DNA of 64,000 nucleotides from an uncultured Acidobacteriota bacterium (lineage in GTDB: Bacteria > Acidobacteriota > Thermoanaerobaculia > Multivoradales > JAHEKO01), in assembly GCA_963713825.1 (NCBI GenBank), contig CAVQNG010000003.1, positions 553,794 through 617,793 of the forward strand. Direction: 5' to 3'. The notes beneath the pieces are model-generated. The model made no database searches and was not told where the DNA came from. It worked only from the letters and a program-made list of their open reading frames with translations. Numbering within the stretch: position 1 is the stretch's first letter; each line of letters starts with the position of its first letter. Positions 1-9,943 of this stretch are shown here, in pieces. A program made the position numbers and the translations under genes.

Positions 1-850
1 GAATCCCAGTCAAGTTGATCTGGTGGAAACGTGAGCGACCCCGCCGATCGACCTCCTCGATCTCGGCCTCCTCGAGGTCGTAGTCGGACTTCGCGAACCG
101 ATGCAGCTGCTCCAGAACCTGTGGGTCGTCTTTGGGTAGCAGGCGTTCCAGCGTGGCACCCACGAGCTGTGATGGTGACTCCAGTCCGACCATGAAGGAG
201 AGCGCACTGTTGCATTCCGCGAAGTGTCCGTGCTCGTAGAGAAATTCGACCTGCTCGGCCAGGGGCAACGAGACCGGCATCGGCTCGTCGAGCTCCAGGC
301 GCCAGATTCCCTCGGCGCTGTGAGCCAGGAAGTCGCGATAGCGCTCCTCGCTGGCCCTCAACGCGGCTTCCGAGGCTCGGACCTCGGTCACGTCCAAAGC
401 CACCCCTACCGTTCCTATGACCGATCCGTCATCGTCCCGCAGAGGCTCCACCAGAGAGTGGAAGCTCTGTCCGCCCCACTCCAACTCGAAGGCGAGAGAC
501 TCGCCTGCGATCGCTTGGCGGTGGGCCACAATGGCCGGAAACTCCTCGTCATCCGTGCCGAAGTACTCGAAGATCGTTTGGCCGACCGCCTGATCCGGCT
601 GCAACCCGAGGCCCACCAGGGCGGCGCCCCGGCTCGAGGTGAACTCCAATTGGGCATCGGTGGTCCAGACAACGGCTGGGAGCTGCTCGAGCATGACCCG
701 CAGCCGCGCCGCGTCGTGCTGAAGCGTCTGTTCGACCTCCAGCAGTCTGTCCCTCTCGCGGCGCAATCGACGGAACTGCGCGACTGCCCAACCGACGGCG
801 CCCAGGGCGAGAGCCAGGGAAAGAGCCGCCAAAGCGAAGGAGCCTGTCAA
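1..850 (-). CDS. PAS-domain sensor protein, N-terminal part (gene continues beyond the left edge)
   Basis: Manual minus-strand translation gives an open frame from about 850 to position 1. It is missing from the ORF track because it has no stop inside the window. It reads TGSFALAALSLALALGAVGWAVAQF (TM helix), then LEQLPAVVWTTDAQLEFTSSRG...GTVGVALDVTEVRASEAALRASEERYRDFLAHSAEGIWRLE (PAS-like modules). There is no in-frame ATG near the 5' end, so TTG at 850-848 is a best guess. The + ORF 224..955 is its antisense shadow. Confidence 0.6.
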   Translation of the reverse strand, partial: MTGSFALAALSLALALGAVGWAVAQFRRLRRERDRLLEVEQTLQHDAARLRVMLEQLPAVVWTTDAQLEFTSSRGAALVGLGLQPDQAVGQTIFEYFGTDDEEFPAIVAHRQAIAGESLAFELEWGGQSFHSLVEPLRDDDGSVIGTVGVALDVTEVRASEAALRASEERYRDFLAHSAEGIWRLELDEPMPVSLPLAEQVEFLYEHGHFAECNSALSFMVGLESPSQLVGATLERLLPKDDPQVLEQLHRFAKSDYDLEEAEIEEVDRRGRSRFHQINLTGI

Positions 851-924
851 CGATGCCTCCAGAATCTCGAGCGTTTCCCGATCACGGCGATTGAAACTAT
901 CAGCTGGGTCTCCGGTGCGCTATC

Positions 925-1638
925 TCAGCTCTCAATGCCCAAGGCTGCCAACTGAGCTCTCGCCTGACCCTGCCAATCGCGATTGGCCGCCGGGCTCGCC
1001 GGACTTGGATGGAGGATTCCCGCCACCCGCACGTCGAGGCCCTCGAGAGCGCGTCTAGCGCTCGCCTCCGCGAACCGGCCGACGCCGATGACCCATGTCG
1101 GGTCGAGCTCCTGAACGGAGAGCCGCAGCGCTTCGTCACAGGCTTTCAATAGGGGGGCTCGCTCTCTCGCGGGTAATCGATCCGGCGTCCGATTGCGGCC
1201 ACTGGACTCGAGGAACATCAGCGGACAGTAATTGGCGATGAAGAAGCGTTCGAAGAAGCGCTCCGGCGTCTCGAAGCGCTCTTTCGCCCATCCCCAGACT
1301 CGCCGACCACTCACCTCACTCCTCGAACAGGCCAGACCTTCTACCGGTCGTTTCGGGTGCTCGGAGTCGGGGCGACCCACGGAACTTTCGATCGCCAGCC
1401 AGTCCTTGACGAAAGAGATCTCCCCGAAGGGGACTCCCGTCTGTGCCATGCCCCACGGGCCCGGGTTCATCCCCACCAGGACGACTTCCTTCGGACCCTG
1501 CCCGAAGCGCCGCAGGTACTCCCGATGCGCCGGCCAGGCGTAGTCGAGCGGGTCGTAGACGTGAGTCACCGGTGCAGCGAACCGGAGTGGGCGCAAAGCC
1601 GCCGAGAGGTTCTTCGCAACAGCAGGTAGACCAGACAC
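925..1638 (-). CDS. SMUG1-type (family 3) uracil-DNA glycosylase
   Basis: 237-aa ORF with GMNPGPWGMAQTGVPFG and HPSPASPAANRDW, which match the two SMUG1 signature motifs (GMNPGPFGMAQTGVPFG and HPSPRNP). Confidence 0.85.
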   Translation of the reverse strand: MSGLPAVAKNLSAALRPLRFAAPVTHVYDPLDYAWPAHREYLRRFGQGPKEVVLVGMNPGPWGMAQTGVPFGEISFVKDWLAIESSVGRPDSEHPKRPVEGLACSRSEVSGRRVWGWAKERFETPERFFERFFIANYCPLMFLESSGRNRTPDRLPARERAPLLKACDEALRLSVQELDPTWVIGVGRFAEASARRALEGLDVRVAGILHPSPASPAANRDWQGQARAQLAALGIES

Positions 1639-1654
1639 GCGGCGCCCTCTCCGA

Positions 1655-2194
1655 CTACCCGTGCGCGGTCACCATGTTGGCCAGGAGCTCTGCCGGATCG
1701 ACCCCCATGGCCAGAGCGACCTTTTCGAGCACATCGCCGAAGCGTTCCGGGTCGAGTACCACAAAGAGCCCGACCGCTTCGGCCAACGGCTCGCCACCCT
1801 CGTCGAGCAGCCTGCCACGAGTTGTCACCTTTCTACCGGTCGCCTCTTCGACCCACGCTTCCAGGAGGGCGTCCGTTCCCAGGGGAATCATTCTCGAGAA
1901 ATCGACCTCGAGATGTGCCGCCACCGAGGCGTAGCCACTCGACCAGGCTGCGACCCCCATGGCCTCATCGAGGACGGCAGCAATGCTGCCACCGTGCGCA
2001 TGGCTCGGTGGACCGGCCGCTCCCGGTCCAAACCAGGCCCGACCCACGACCGCACGATCGCCCCGTCGTTTGAAGTACTGGACCCGCAAGAGACCGCTCT
2101 TTGGCTTGCCGCTGACGAAGGACCTCTGTCCTCCTTCCAGAGCGAGAGCCACGAACGGCTCCCAATCGGGCTCCGCTACCACTTCGGGTGGCAT
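1655..2194 (-). CDS. PaaI/hotdog-fold thioesterase family protein
   Basis: The segment GPPSHAHGGSIAAVLDEAMGVAAW...AAHLEVDFSRMIPLG...TTRGRLLDEGGEPLAEAVGLFVV resembles the PaaI-type hotdog core. I prefer the internal Met (MPPEVV) as start, because the track start at 2284 overlaps the divergent gene at 2269. Confidence 0.6.
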   Translation of the reverse strand: MPPEVVAEPDWEPFVALALEGGQRSFVSGKPKSGLLRVQYFKRRGDRAVVGRAWFGPGAAGPPSHAHGGSIAAVLDEAMGVAAWSSGYASVAAHLEVDFSRMIPLGTDALLEAWVEEATGRKVTTRGRLLDEGGEPLAEAVGLFVVLDPERFGDVLEKVALAMGVDPAELLANMVTAHG

Positions 2195-2268
2195 CTCGGA
2201 GAGGCCCACTTCACTCTTCGTACCGCGTCGATTTTCCACCGCTATAATCCCTGCAGGATATCGCCGAC

Positions 2269-4722
2269 ATGAGGCCATCTCCACCCCCCTCGCCCTCCCT
2301 GACTCAGGCCGAGCATTGGTTCAGAATCTTAGCTGAAACCATGCCGGTGGCCATCTTCGTCCACCGCGAGAAACTGCTCTATGTAAACCCGGCCGCCGAG
2401 GCGATGACCGGGTACTCGGCCCCCGAGTTGATGGACATGGGCTTGCACGATCTAGCCAAGCCTCTGTCCACCAGCGATAACGGGTCCACGGCACGCTCTC
2501 TTCCCGAAGACGAAGCAGAAATCTGGAAACTCCGCCGCAAGGACGGGCAGGAGCGCTGGATTCGGCTGACCTCCGGATACGTCGAGCTCGACTGGCAGCC
2601 AGCCACCCTGGTCACGGCCTTCGACGTGACCGTCCAGGAGCAGTCGGCCATCGCGCTCCACGACGTTCGGCAGCGGCTTGCATTTGCCCAACAGGCTGCC
2701 CGGTCGGTGACCTGGGAATGGGACCCCGACAACGACGCCCTGACAACGTCTGAGCTCATCGATCAGGTTTTTGGTTTGCCCCTGCACGACCAGATCACCA
2801 GTGGTCGCGGATTCCTGGAGCTCGTTCACCCGGAGGATCAACCGAGTCTGGAACAAGCGCTGCTGCGCCTGATCAAAGGCGAGGACGAGAACCTGTCTGT
2901 CGACATCCGCTGCCTGTCGCCTCGCGGCGAGATCCGTTGGCTGGCCGAGAGAGCGGTCGCGATGCGCCATCCGTCGGGTCGCGTGCAGCGGGTCATTGGC
3001 GTCGCGCACGACATTACCGAGCGAAAGATCGCTGAGAACGCCCTATTCCAGGAAAAGGAACGGGCCTTTGTCACGCTAGCCTCGATCGCCGATGGGGTCA
3101 TTCGGACCGATGCCCGGGGCATCATCGACTACCTCAACCCAGTCGCCCAGAAGCTCACGGGGTGGACCCTCGAGGAGGCGTACGGCCAAGAGGCCGAGGC
3201 GGTCTATCGAGTGGTCGACGAGGCGACCGGTAAGAAGGTCCTCGACCCGGTCCACCACTGCCTGGAAGAGCGCCGGGAGGTCGCCTTCCTCGGCCAACGT
3301 CTCCTGGTCCGCAGGGATGGAAGCACGTTTCCCATCCATGACTCGGCCGCACCGATTCGCAACCAGGAAGGCAAGGTCATCGGCTCGATCCTGGTCTTCA
3401 AAGACCTGACCCAGGTGCGTCGCGTGGAAGACGAAATGGAGCACCTGGCCAGCCACGACCCGCTGACCGGCCTGATCAATCGTCGCGAGTTCGAGCGCCA
3501 GCTCCGTCAGACCTTGCAGGCTCGCGACGGACTGGGTGGCAGACACGCACTGTGTCAGCTGGATCTCGACGCGTTCAAGTTGGTGAACGAGACCTGTGGC
3601 CACACCGCGGGGGACCAGTTGATCCGGAAAATCGCCTCGGTCATCGAGGACCGGGTCCGACAACAGGACGTCCTGGCGCGCCTCGGTGGCGACGAGTTCG
3701 GCATCCTCTTTCGAGACTGTCCCTCGGAGGAAGCTGAGAAGCGCGCCAAGGAGATCGGCGAAGCCATACACAGCTTTCGCTTCCATTGGGGCGGCCGCAC
3801 CTTCACCAACCGGGTCAGCGGCGGTTTGGCACCGCTTTCCACCTCACACTCCGGGGCGGACGCGCTGCTGAGTGCCGCCGATGCTGCCTGTTTCGTGGCT
3901 AAAGACAAAGGCGGTGGAACCATCCACATCTATCAGCCTGGCGACCGCGAGATTGCCGAACGGTATGGCGAGATGCAGTGGATCTCACGCCTCCAAAAGG
4001 CCCTCGACGAGGACCGCTTCAGGCTCTATCACCAGATCATCAAACCGCTTGGCGCGAGCAATAGCGAACCGCCCTTGAGCGAGCTCTTCATTCGATTGAT
4101 CGACGAGGAGGGCAAGCTCGTCTATCCGGGATCTTTCATCCCTGCAGCCGAGCGGTACGGGTTGATTCCAACAATCGACCGCTGGGTCCTGCGCACCGCT
4201 CTGCATCTGCTGGCGGACGGCGGCAAAACCGTCATCGCTGACAACAGCCGCTTTGCCATCAACCTCTCGGGTCTCAGCCTCGGTGCCGAAGGCTTTCTCG
4301 ACTTCGTCGTCGATGAGCTCGACAAGACCAGGATTCCACCCGACCGGGTCTTCTTCGAAATCACGGAGACCTCCGCCATCGCCAATCTGCCAACGGCCAT
4401 GCGCTTCATCTCGGTGTTGAAGGGCATGGGTTGCCGCTTCGTACTGGACGATTTCGGGCAGGGCTTAAGCTCGTTCGGCTATCTGAAGAATCTCCCCCTG
4501 GACTTCCTCAAGATCGACGGCGGCTTCGTGAGAGAAATGGTCGCCGACCCGATCCAGGCGGCGCTCGTGGCTTCGATCCACGAGATTGGCGAAGTGATGG
4601 GCCTTGGCACCATTGCCGAGTCGGTCGAAGACGAAGCTACACTCGAGGCGCTGCGCCAGATCGGAGTCGATTACGTTCAGGGGTACCTTTTCCAGCGGCC
4701 ACGGCCGCTGAGCAAAAGCTAG
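2269..4722 (+). CDS. Multi-PAS diguanylate cyclase/phosphodiesterase (PAS-PAS-PAS-GGDEF-EAL)
   Basis: 817 aa. It has an intact GGDEF (RLGGDEFGILF) with an RxxD I-site five residues upstream (RQQD). The EAL domain has ELFIRL, DDFGQGLSSFGYLKNLPLDFLKIDGGFV and QGYLFQRP. Three PAS-like blocks lie N-terminal. Confidence 0.9.
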   Translation: MRPSPPPSPSLTQAEHWFRILAETMPVAIFVHREKLLYVNPAAEAMTGYSAPELMDMGLHDLAKPLSTSDNGSTARSLPEDEAEIWKLRRKDGQERWIRLTSGYVELDWQPATLVTAFDVTVQEQSAIALHDVRQRLAFAQQAARSVTWEWDPDNDALTTSELIDQVFGLPLHDQITSGRGFLELVHPEDQPSLEQALLRLIKGEDENLSVDIRCLSPRGEIRWLAERAVAMRHPSGRVQRVIGVAHDITERKIAENALFQEKERAFVTLASIADGVIRTDARGIIDYLNPVAQKLTGWTLEEAYGQEAEAVYRVVDEATGKKVLDPVHHCLEERREVAFLGQRLLVRRDGSTFPIHDSAAPIRNQEGKVIGSILVFKDLTQVRRVEDEMEHLASHDPLTGLINRREFERQLRQTLQARDGLGGRHALCQLDLDAFKLVNETCGHTAGDQLIRKIASVIEDRVRQQDVLARLGGDEFGILFRDCPSEEAEKRAKEIGEAIHSFRFHWGGRTFTNRVSGGLAPLSTSHSGADALLSAADAACFVAKDKGGGTIHIYQPGDREIAERYGEMQWISRLQKALDEDRFRLYHQIIKPLGASNSEPPLSELFIRLIDEEGKLVYPGSFIPAAERYGLIPTIDRWVLRTALHLLADGGKTVIADNSRFAINLSGLSLGAEGFLDFVVDELDKTRIPPDRVFFEITETSAIANLPTAMRFISVLKGMGCRFVLDDFGQGLSSFGYLKNLPLDFLKIDGGFVREMVADPIQAALVASIHEIGEVMGLGTIAESVEDEATLEALRQIGVDYVQGYLFQRPRPLSKS

Positions 4723-4870
4723 TGACTCTCGAGCCGACCGACACCCCTGTACCTCGGCCCAGCAGAGGTCTGACCTGCAGTCTTGCTGATATATTGAAAG
4801 TCTCCGAAACGGCGGCCGGTTCGGGCCCCGTGAGCCCGAAGTCCGACCAATAGAAGAAAGGCCAAATCCG

Positions 4871-6718
4871 ATGAGATTTACCTCGCCCCAAAAAGCTCCG
4901 CCTACCTCGAACCCGAAATTGCTGGCCTGGGTCGAGAGAGTCATCGACCTCTGCAACCCGGGCAAGGTCTGGTGGTGTGATGGATCGACCGAGGAGTATG
5001 ACGAGTTGGCCCAGATCATGACCGAGACTGGAACGGCTCGATGGCTGGACCAGGAGTTGCGTCCCAATTCGCTCTATGTGCGCTCAGATCCGGCCGATGT
5101 GGCCCGCGTCGAAGACCGCACATTCATCTGTTCCCAGCGTCATGAGGATGCTGGACCGACGAACAACTGGGGTGATCCTGCGGAGATGAAGGCCCACCTG
5201 CGAGGCCTCTACGACAGCTGTATGGAAGGCAGGACGATGTTTGTCATTCCCTACTCCATGGGCCCCATCGGCAGCCCCATCGCCAGAATCGGCATCGTCA
5301 TTACCGACTCGCCCTACGTCGTCTGCAACATGCACATCATGGCTCGTGTGGGCACGAAGGTCCTGGAGGCACTCGGCGACGGTGAAGACTTCGTTCGCGG
5401 GATCCACTCGGTGGGATACCCCTTGGACAGCCAGAAGAAGCCCGATCAGCCCTGGCCCTGTAACGCCGACAACAAATACATCTGCCACTTTCCCGAGACC
5501 CGGGAGATCTGGTCCTACGGCTCCGGCTACGGCGGCAACGCTCTGCTCGGCAAGAAGTGCCACGCGCTGCGCATCGCCTCGGTCCAAGCGCGCGATGAAG
5601 GTTGGCTGGCCGAGCACATGCTGATTCTCAAGCTCACCAACCCGCAAGGGCAATCCAAGTTCGTCGCGGCGGCCTTCCCATCAGCCTGCGGCAAGACCAA
5701 TCTCGCGATGATGAATCCCACGCTGCCGGGCTGGAAAGTGGAGACCGTGGGCGACGACATCGCCTGGATGAAGTTCGGTGACGACGGCCGGCTCTACGCC
5801 ATCAATCCCGAGGCCGGCTTCTTCGGTGTAGCACCCGGCACCAGCATGCACTCGAACCCGAATGCCATGCTGTCGCTGGCCAAGAACAGCATCTTCACCA
5901 ACTGCGCCCTGACTCGGGAAGGTGACGTCTATTGGGAGGACATGCTAGACGAGAAGCCTGCCTTCCTCGTCGACTGGCTGCGCCGCCCATGGACATCGGA
6001 AAGCAAGCGGTCGGCCGCCCATCCCAACGCCCGTTTCACCGCTCCGGCCAGTCAGTGCCCAGTCATCGCGGACGAGTGGGAGGATCCGGCCGGAGTGCCG
6101 ATCGACGCCATTCTCTTCGGTGGACGCCGGGCAAAGGTCGTGCCACTGGTGACCGAGGCCTTGGGTTGGGAGCACGGCACCTTCCTGGGATCGATCATGG
6201 CGTCGGAAAAGACAGCCGCCGCCTCGGGCAGAGTTGGCGTCGTACGCCGAGATCCCATGGCCATGCTGCCGTTCTGCGGCTACCACATGGGTGACTACTT
6301 CGCCCACTGGCTCGAAGTCGGAGCCAAAGGGGGTGCCGAAGGCAAGAGTGAATGGGGATCGATGCCGCGGATCTTCTACGTCAACTGGTTCCGCAAGGAT
6401 GAGGACGGCAACTTCCTGTGGCCCGGCTTCGGTGAGAACAGTCGCGTTCTCAAGTGGGTCTTCGAGCGCTGCAACGACGAGGGCGATGTCCAGGAGAGCT
6501 TCATCGGCCTCCATCCGACCGCCGGTGGTCTGGACCTGGAAGGTCTCGACATCTCACAGGAGGACCTCGATCAGCTACTCGCAGTCGATGCCGAAGACTG
6601 GCGGCGAGAGGTCACGCTGCTGCACGACCACTACTTCCAGTTCGGTGATCACCTGCCGAAGGCCCTCGCCGATCAGCTGGCCGAGCTCGAGAGCGTGCTC
6701 AAGGCGATGACGGACTGA
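4871..6718 (+). CDS. pckG: Phosphoenolpyruvate carboxykinase (GTP)
   Basis: 615 aa with the GTP-PEPCK kinase-1a loop [13 protein letters not shown], plus [13 protein letters not shown] and [25 protein letters not shown]. Confidence 0.95.
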   Translation: MRFTSPQKAPPTSNPKLLAWVERVIDLCNPGKVWWCDGSTEEYDELAQIMTETGTARWLDQELRPNSLYVRSDPADVARVEDRTFICSQRHEDAGPTNNWGDPAEMKAHLRGLYDSCMEGRTMFVIPYSMGPIGSPIARIGIVITDSPYVVCNMHIMARVGTKVLEALGDGEDFVRGIHSVGYPLDSQKKPDQPWPCNADNKYICHFPETREIWSYGSGYGGNALLGKKCHALRIASVQARDEGWLAEHMLILKLTNPQGQSKFVAAAFPSACGKTNLAMMNPTLPGWKVETVGDDIAWMKFGDDGRLYAINPEAGFFGVAPGTSMHSNPNAMLSLAKNSIFTNCALTREGDVYWEDMLDEKPAFLVDWLRRPWTSESKRSAAHPNARFTAPASQCPVIADEWEDPAGVPIDAILFGGRRAKVVPLVTEALGWEHGTFLGSIMASEKTAAASGRVGVVRRDPMAMLPFCGYHMGDYFAHWLEVGAKGGAEGKSEWGSMPRIFYVNWFRKDEDGNFLWPGFGENSRVLKWVFERCNDEGDVQESFIGLHPTAGGLDLEGLDISQEDLDQLLAVDAEDWRREVTLLHDHYFQFGDHLPKALADQLAELESVLKAMTD

Positions 6719-6797
6719 CTCGACGTGGCCTGGCCTCCAGGTCACTTGTGAATCAACGAACGACCCAATTGCGATACGTTGAGCGAGGAGAACCAAC

Positions 6798-8426
6798 GTG
6801 GACATCGAAGGTAGCAAGGTACTCGTCCTGGGCGGCTATGGCCTGGTGGGGATGGCGGTCTGCCGGGAGTTGTTGGAGCACAAGCCGCGAGAGATCCAGA
6901 TCCACAGCCTGCGGCAGGAAGAATCGGCAGAGGCTCGTGAGCTGCTGACGCCGTTTGCGGAAGGCGTCAAGCTCTCGATCTCGAGTGGCGACATCTTCGG
7001 ACTTGCCGAAGAAGCCTCCAGAATAGAGCGCATCGCGGCTCAGCTGAGCCCCCTTCGCGACTCGGATTGGGGAAGGTTCCTGCTGTACCGGTTGCTGGTC
7101 GATGGCAAGCCGGACATCGTGATCGATTCCGTCAACACCGCGACTGGCATCGCTTACAGGGACGTCTATTCGGCCTCGGCAAAGGTGCTGAAAAGCCTGG
7201 AAGCCGGCAGCTCGCAGTGCGATCAGGTCGAGGATCTGCTCGAAGCCCTCTATGTGCCGCGACTGATCCGCCACATGCAGCTCCTGTATGGAGGCATGAT
7301 CGACGCCGGTACTCGTGCCTATTTCAAGGTGGGGACCAGCGGCACGGGTGGCATGGGCCTCAATGTTCCCTACACCCATTCCGAAGAGAAGCCGAGCCGT
7401 GTTCTGCTCTCCAAGAGCGCCATGGCGGGAGCCCAGTCCATGTTGCTGTTTCTCATGGCCCGCACGCCGGGAGCTCCCATCACCAAGGAGATCAAGCCGG
7501 CGGCCGCTATCGCCTGGAAGAAGATCGACCACGGGCCCATCTACCGTGGACGAAAGCCCATCTACATCATGGAGGCCACCCCCCAGACCCTGGGCGAAAC
7601 CTTCTCAACCAACGATCCGACGGCAGCCAAGGCCACCGAGAGCATTCTCGAGACGGCCTACATCGATACCGGTGAGAACGGCATCTTCAGCGTCGAGGAG
7701 TTCGCGATGCTCACCACGTCTCGACAGATGGAGTTCGTGACGCCCGAAGAGATCGCTCAGTACCTCATCTTCGAGATCGGCGGGGGCAACACGGGGCACG
7801 ACGTCATCAACGCACTGGACAACGCGGTACTGGGTCCCACCTATCGGGCCGGTCTCATGCGCCATTGGGCTCTGGAACGAATGATGGAGTTCGAAGCGCA
7901 GGGCAAAACCAAGAGCGTCGCTTTCGAGATGCTGGGGCCGCCACGCAACACCAAGCTGCTCTTCGAGGCTCACCTCCTCCGAGAGGCGTTCGTCACGATG
8001 ACGGCTGTTCGCGAAGCGACCCCGGACGAAGTTGTCGAGAAGATAGAAACGATGCTTCGGGAAGAGCCGCGGCTTGCCAACGAAGTGGTCTCGGTTGGTA
8101 TTCCCATCCTCTTGTCTTCAGGCGAGATCCTGCGGGGCCAGGAGGTCATCGTGCCAGCCGAGGCGGACCACGAGCCGATCACCCCCGAGAAGCTGGAAGC
8201 CTGGGTGCACGACGGGTGGGTCGACTTGCGGCGCGAGAACTGCGCCAGTTGGATCGATCGGATGCAGCGTATCCACGACGACACGGCGGCCATTCCCAAG
8301 GACGACACCTCGAGTCGCCATTTGCGGAATGTCAGGTTCTGGGACGAGGAGAAGAGGATTCAGCCCGGCAAGATCCTGGGGTGGATTCTCTCAGTCGAGG
8401 AGCACGGCGCCCGCTTCAAGCACTGA
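6798..8426 (+). CDS. Hypothetical protein with N-terminal NAD(P)-binding Rossmann-like motif
   Basis: 542-aa ORF with a GTG start seven nt after GAGGAG. The N-terminus KVLVLGGYGLVGMAVCREL is a GxGxxG dinucleotide-binding fingerprint. I cannot assign the remainder (VGTSGTGGMGLNVPYTHSE and onward) to a family. Confidence 0.6.
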   Translation: MDIEGSKVLVLGGYGLVGMAVCRELLEHKPREIQIHSLRQEESAEARELLTPFAEGVKLSISSGDIFGLAEEASRIERIAAQLSPLRDSDWGRFLLYRLLVDGKPDIVIDSVNTATGIAYRDVYSASAKVLKSLEAGSSQCDQVEDLLEALYVPRLIRHMQLLYGGMIDAGTRAYFKVGTSGTGGMGLNVPYTHSEEKPSRVLLSKSAMAGAQSMLLFLMARTPGAPITKEIKPAAAIAWKKIDHGPIYRGRKPIYIMEATPQTLGETFSTNDPTAAKATESILETAYIDTGENGIFSVEEFAMLTTSRQMEFVTPEEIAQYLIFEIGGGNTGHDVINALDNAVLGPTYRAGLMRHWALERMMEFEAQGKTKSVAFEMLGPPRNTKLLFEAHLLREAFVTMTAVREATPDEVVEKIETMLREEPRLANEVVSVGIPILLSSGEILRGQEVIVPAEADHEPITPEKLEAWVHDGWVDLRRENCASWIDRMQRIHDDTAAIPKDDTSSRHLRNVRFWDEEKRIQPGKILGWILSVEEHGARFKH

Positions 8427-8442
8427 TCCCACCCGCCCTCCC

Positions 8443-8592
8443 GAGGGTTGAGGCGGCCGGGCGTACCTTCCGGCCGATCTTTGAGGGCCTGGGGGTTGAA
8501 GCGGCTGGACTTTGTCCGTCCGGTCTCTGGGGCAGTGGGGCGCAGGTGGTGTTGGGCCCGGCCTCCCCTAAGCCCTTAAGCCCTTACCCCCC
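8443..8592. repeat. Intergenic mosaic repeat, family R1 (locus 1)
   Basis: GGGTTGAGGC box, GGCCGG-N9-CCGGCC hairpin (8455-8475), TTGAGGGCCTGGGGGTTGA box, GGCAGTGGGG, then a C-rich CCTAAGCCCTTAAGCCCTTACCCC tract. It lies between convergent genes and overlaps the last codons of the radical SAM ORF. Confidence 0.7.
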
Positions 8593-9692
8593 TCCCGAAA
8601 GTCGCTGAGGCGGACGGGTAGCCGGCGTGCACCCCAATCCCCCGGGCTGCCATCGAAGCGTCCCGCACATGGCGTGCCACAGGCGCGGCAACTGCCGTCT
8701 GCCGTCAGTCGCCAATCGTTCAAGACATACCAGTCACGACCGATGAGCCTCTCGCCACACTCGTGGCAATAGGTACTGCCGCCTTCGTGGTCGTGAACGT
8801 TGCCGGTGTAGACATAGCGAACACCGTTGCCCATCGCGATGCGTCGAGCTCCGCTCAGCGTCTGATGCGGCGTCGGCGCGCGGTCCATCATCTTCCAGTC
8901 GGGGTGAAAAGCGGTGAAATGCATCGGCACGTCTCGGCCCAGTTTGTCCACCACCCAGCGCGACATCGCGTCGATCTCTTCGGGTGAGTCGTTTTCGCCT
9001 GGGATCAGCAGCGTGGTGATCTCGAACCAGACATCCGTTTCGTGCTGCAAGTAGACCAGGGTTTCGAGGACAGGCTGTAGGTGTGAGCCGCAGATCTCCC
9101 GATAGAACGATTCGGTGAAGGCCTTGAGGTCGACATTGGCGGCATCCATGTGGCGGTAGAACTCCTCGCGCGGCTCGGCACAGACCTCTCCTGCCGTTAC
9201 CGCCACGGCCTGGATGTCGAGCTCATGACAGGCCTGGGCAACATCGATCGCGTACTCGTGGAAGATGACCGGGTCGTTGTAGGTGAAGGCGACGCTGCGG
9301 CAGCCCAGTTCTCTTGCTGCTCGGGCGATGGTCTCCGGAGCTGCCTGATCGGCCAGGGTGTCGAACTGCCGGGACTTGGAGATGTCCCAGTTCTGGCAGA
9401 AACGGCAGGCCAAGTTGCAGCCCGCCGTTCCGAACGACAGCACCGGGGTGCCCGGAAAGAAGTGGTTCAGGGGCTTCTTCTCGATGGGATCCACACAGAA
9501 GCCACTCGAGCGACCGTAGGTAGTGAGAACCACCTCTCCGTCCAGGCAGCCACGTACGAAGCACAGCCCACGCTGTCCCTCACGGAGCTTGCAGAAACGG
9601 GGGCACAGATCGCACTGCACCCGGCCATCTTCGAGCTCATGCCAATAGCGAGTCGAAACGACGCTGGCGTCACGAGTGATGGGTACGTCCAT
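8568..9692 (-). CDS. amrS: AmmeMemoRadiSam system radical SAM enzyme
   Basis: 374 aa with the CNLACRFCQNWDIS radical-SAM cluster motif and the N-terminal CDLCPRFCKLREGQRGLCFVR Cys cluster. Overall resemblance to PFL-activase-like AmrS. Confidence 0.8.
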   Translation of the reverse strand: MDVPITRDASVVSTRYWHELEDGRVQCDLCPRFCKLREGQRGLCFVRGCLDGEVVLTTYGRSSGFCVDPIEKKPLNHFFPGTPVLSFGTAGCNLACRFCQNWDISKSRQFDTLADQAAPETIARAARELGCRSVAFTYNDPVIFHEYAIDVAQACHELDIQAVAVTAGEVCAEPREEFYRHMDAANVDLKAFTESFYREICGSHLQPVLETLVYLQHETDVWFEITTLLIPGENDSPEEIDAMSRWVVDKLGRDVPMHFTAFHPDWKMMDRAPTPHQTLSGARRIAMGNGVRYVYTGNVHDHEGGSTYCHECGERLIGRDWYVLNDWRLTADGSCRACGTPCAGRFDGSPGDWGARRLPVRLSDFREGGKGLRA

Positions 9693-9770
9693 GCCTGAGG
9701 CTTCCTCTCAATGCAACCAACCAAGACTGCACCGAATTCCAGTCAATGACGTACTTTCGGAGGTCCGTTG

Positions 9771-9940
9771 CGGGGCGTAGGAGCGTGAGGGATGGGCCCC
9801 CCACTGCTCAGAGAATCAGCCGCCGGAGTCGGAGGCTGATTCAACCCCCAATGCCCAAGAGCCGGCTGGAGGTACGACGGACGGTCCAACCCCCAAGCCC
9901 CCAAAGAGCGCCCGGCGGTGAGCCGGGCGCCTCCTCCCCC
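9771..9940. repeat. Intergenic mosaic repeat, family R1 (locus 2)
   Basis: GGGGCGTAGG tract, CCACTGCTCAGAG, TCAACCCCCAATGCCC and CCAACCCCCAAGCCCCCAAAG boxes. Hairpin CGCCCGGC-GGTGA-GCCGGGCG at 9909-9929. Confidence 0.7.
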
Positions 9941-9943
9941 CGG

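Noticed and set aside
224-955. 243-aa + strand ORF at the left edge
   Set aside because: It is antisense to the open minus-strand PAS-sensor frame that I translated by hand. The sensor frame has a TM helix and PAS-like modules.
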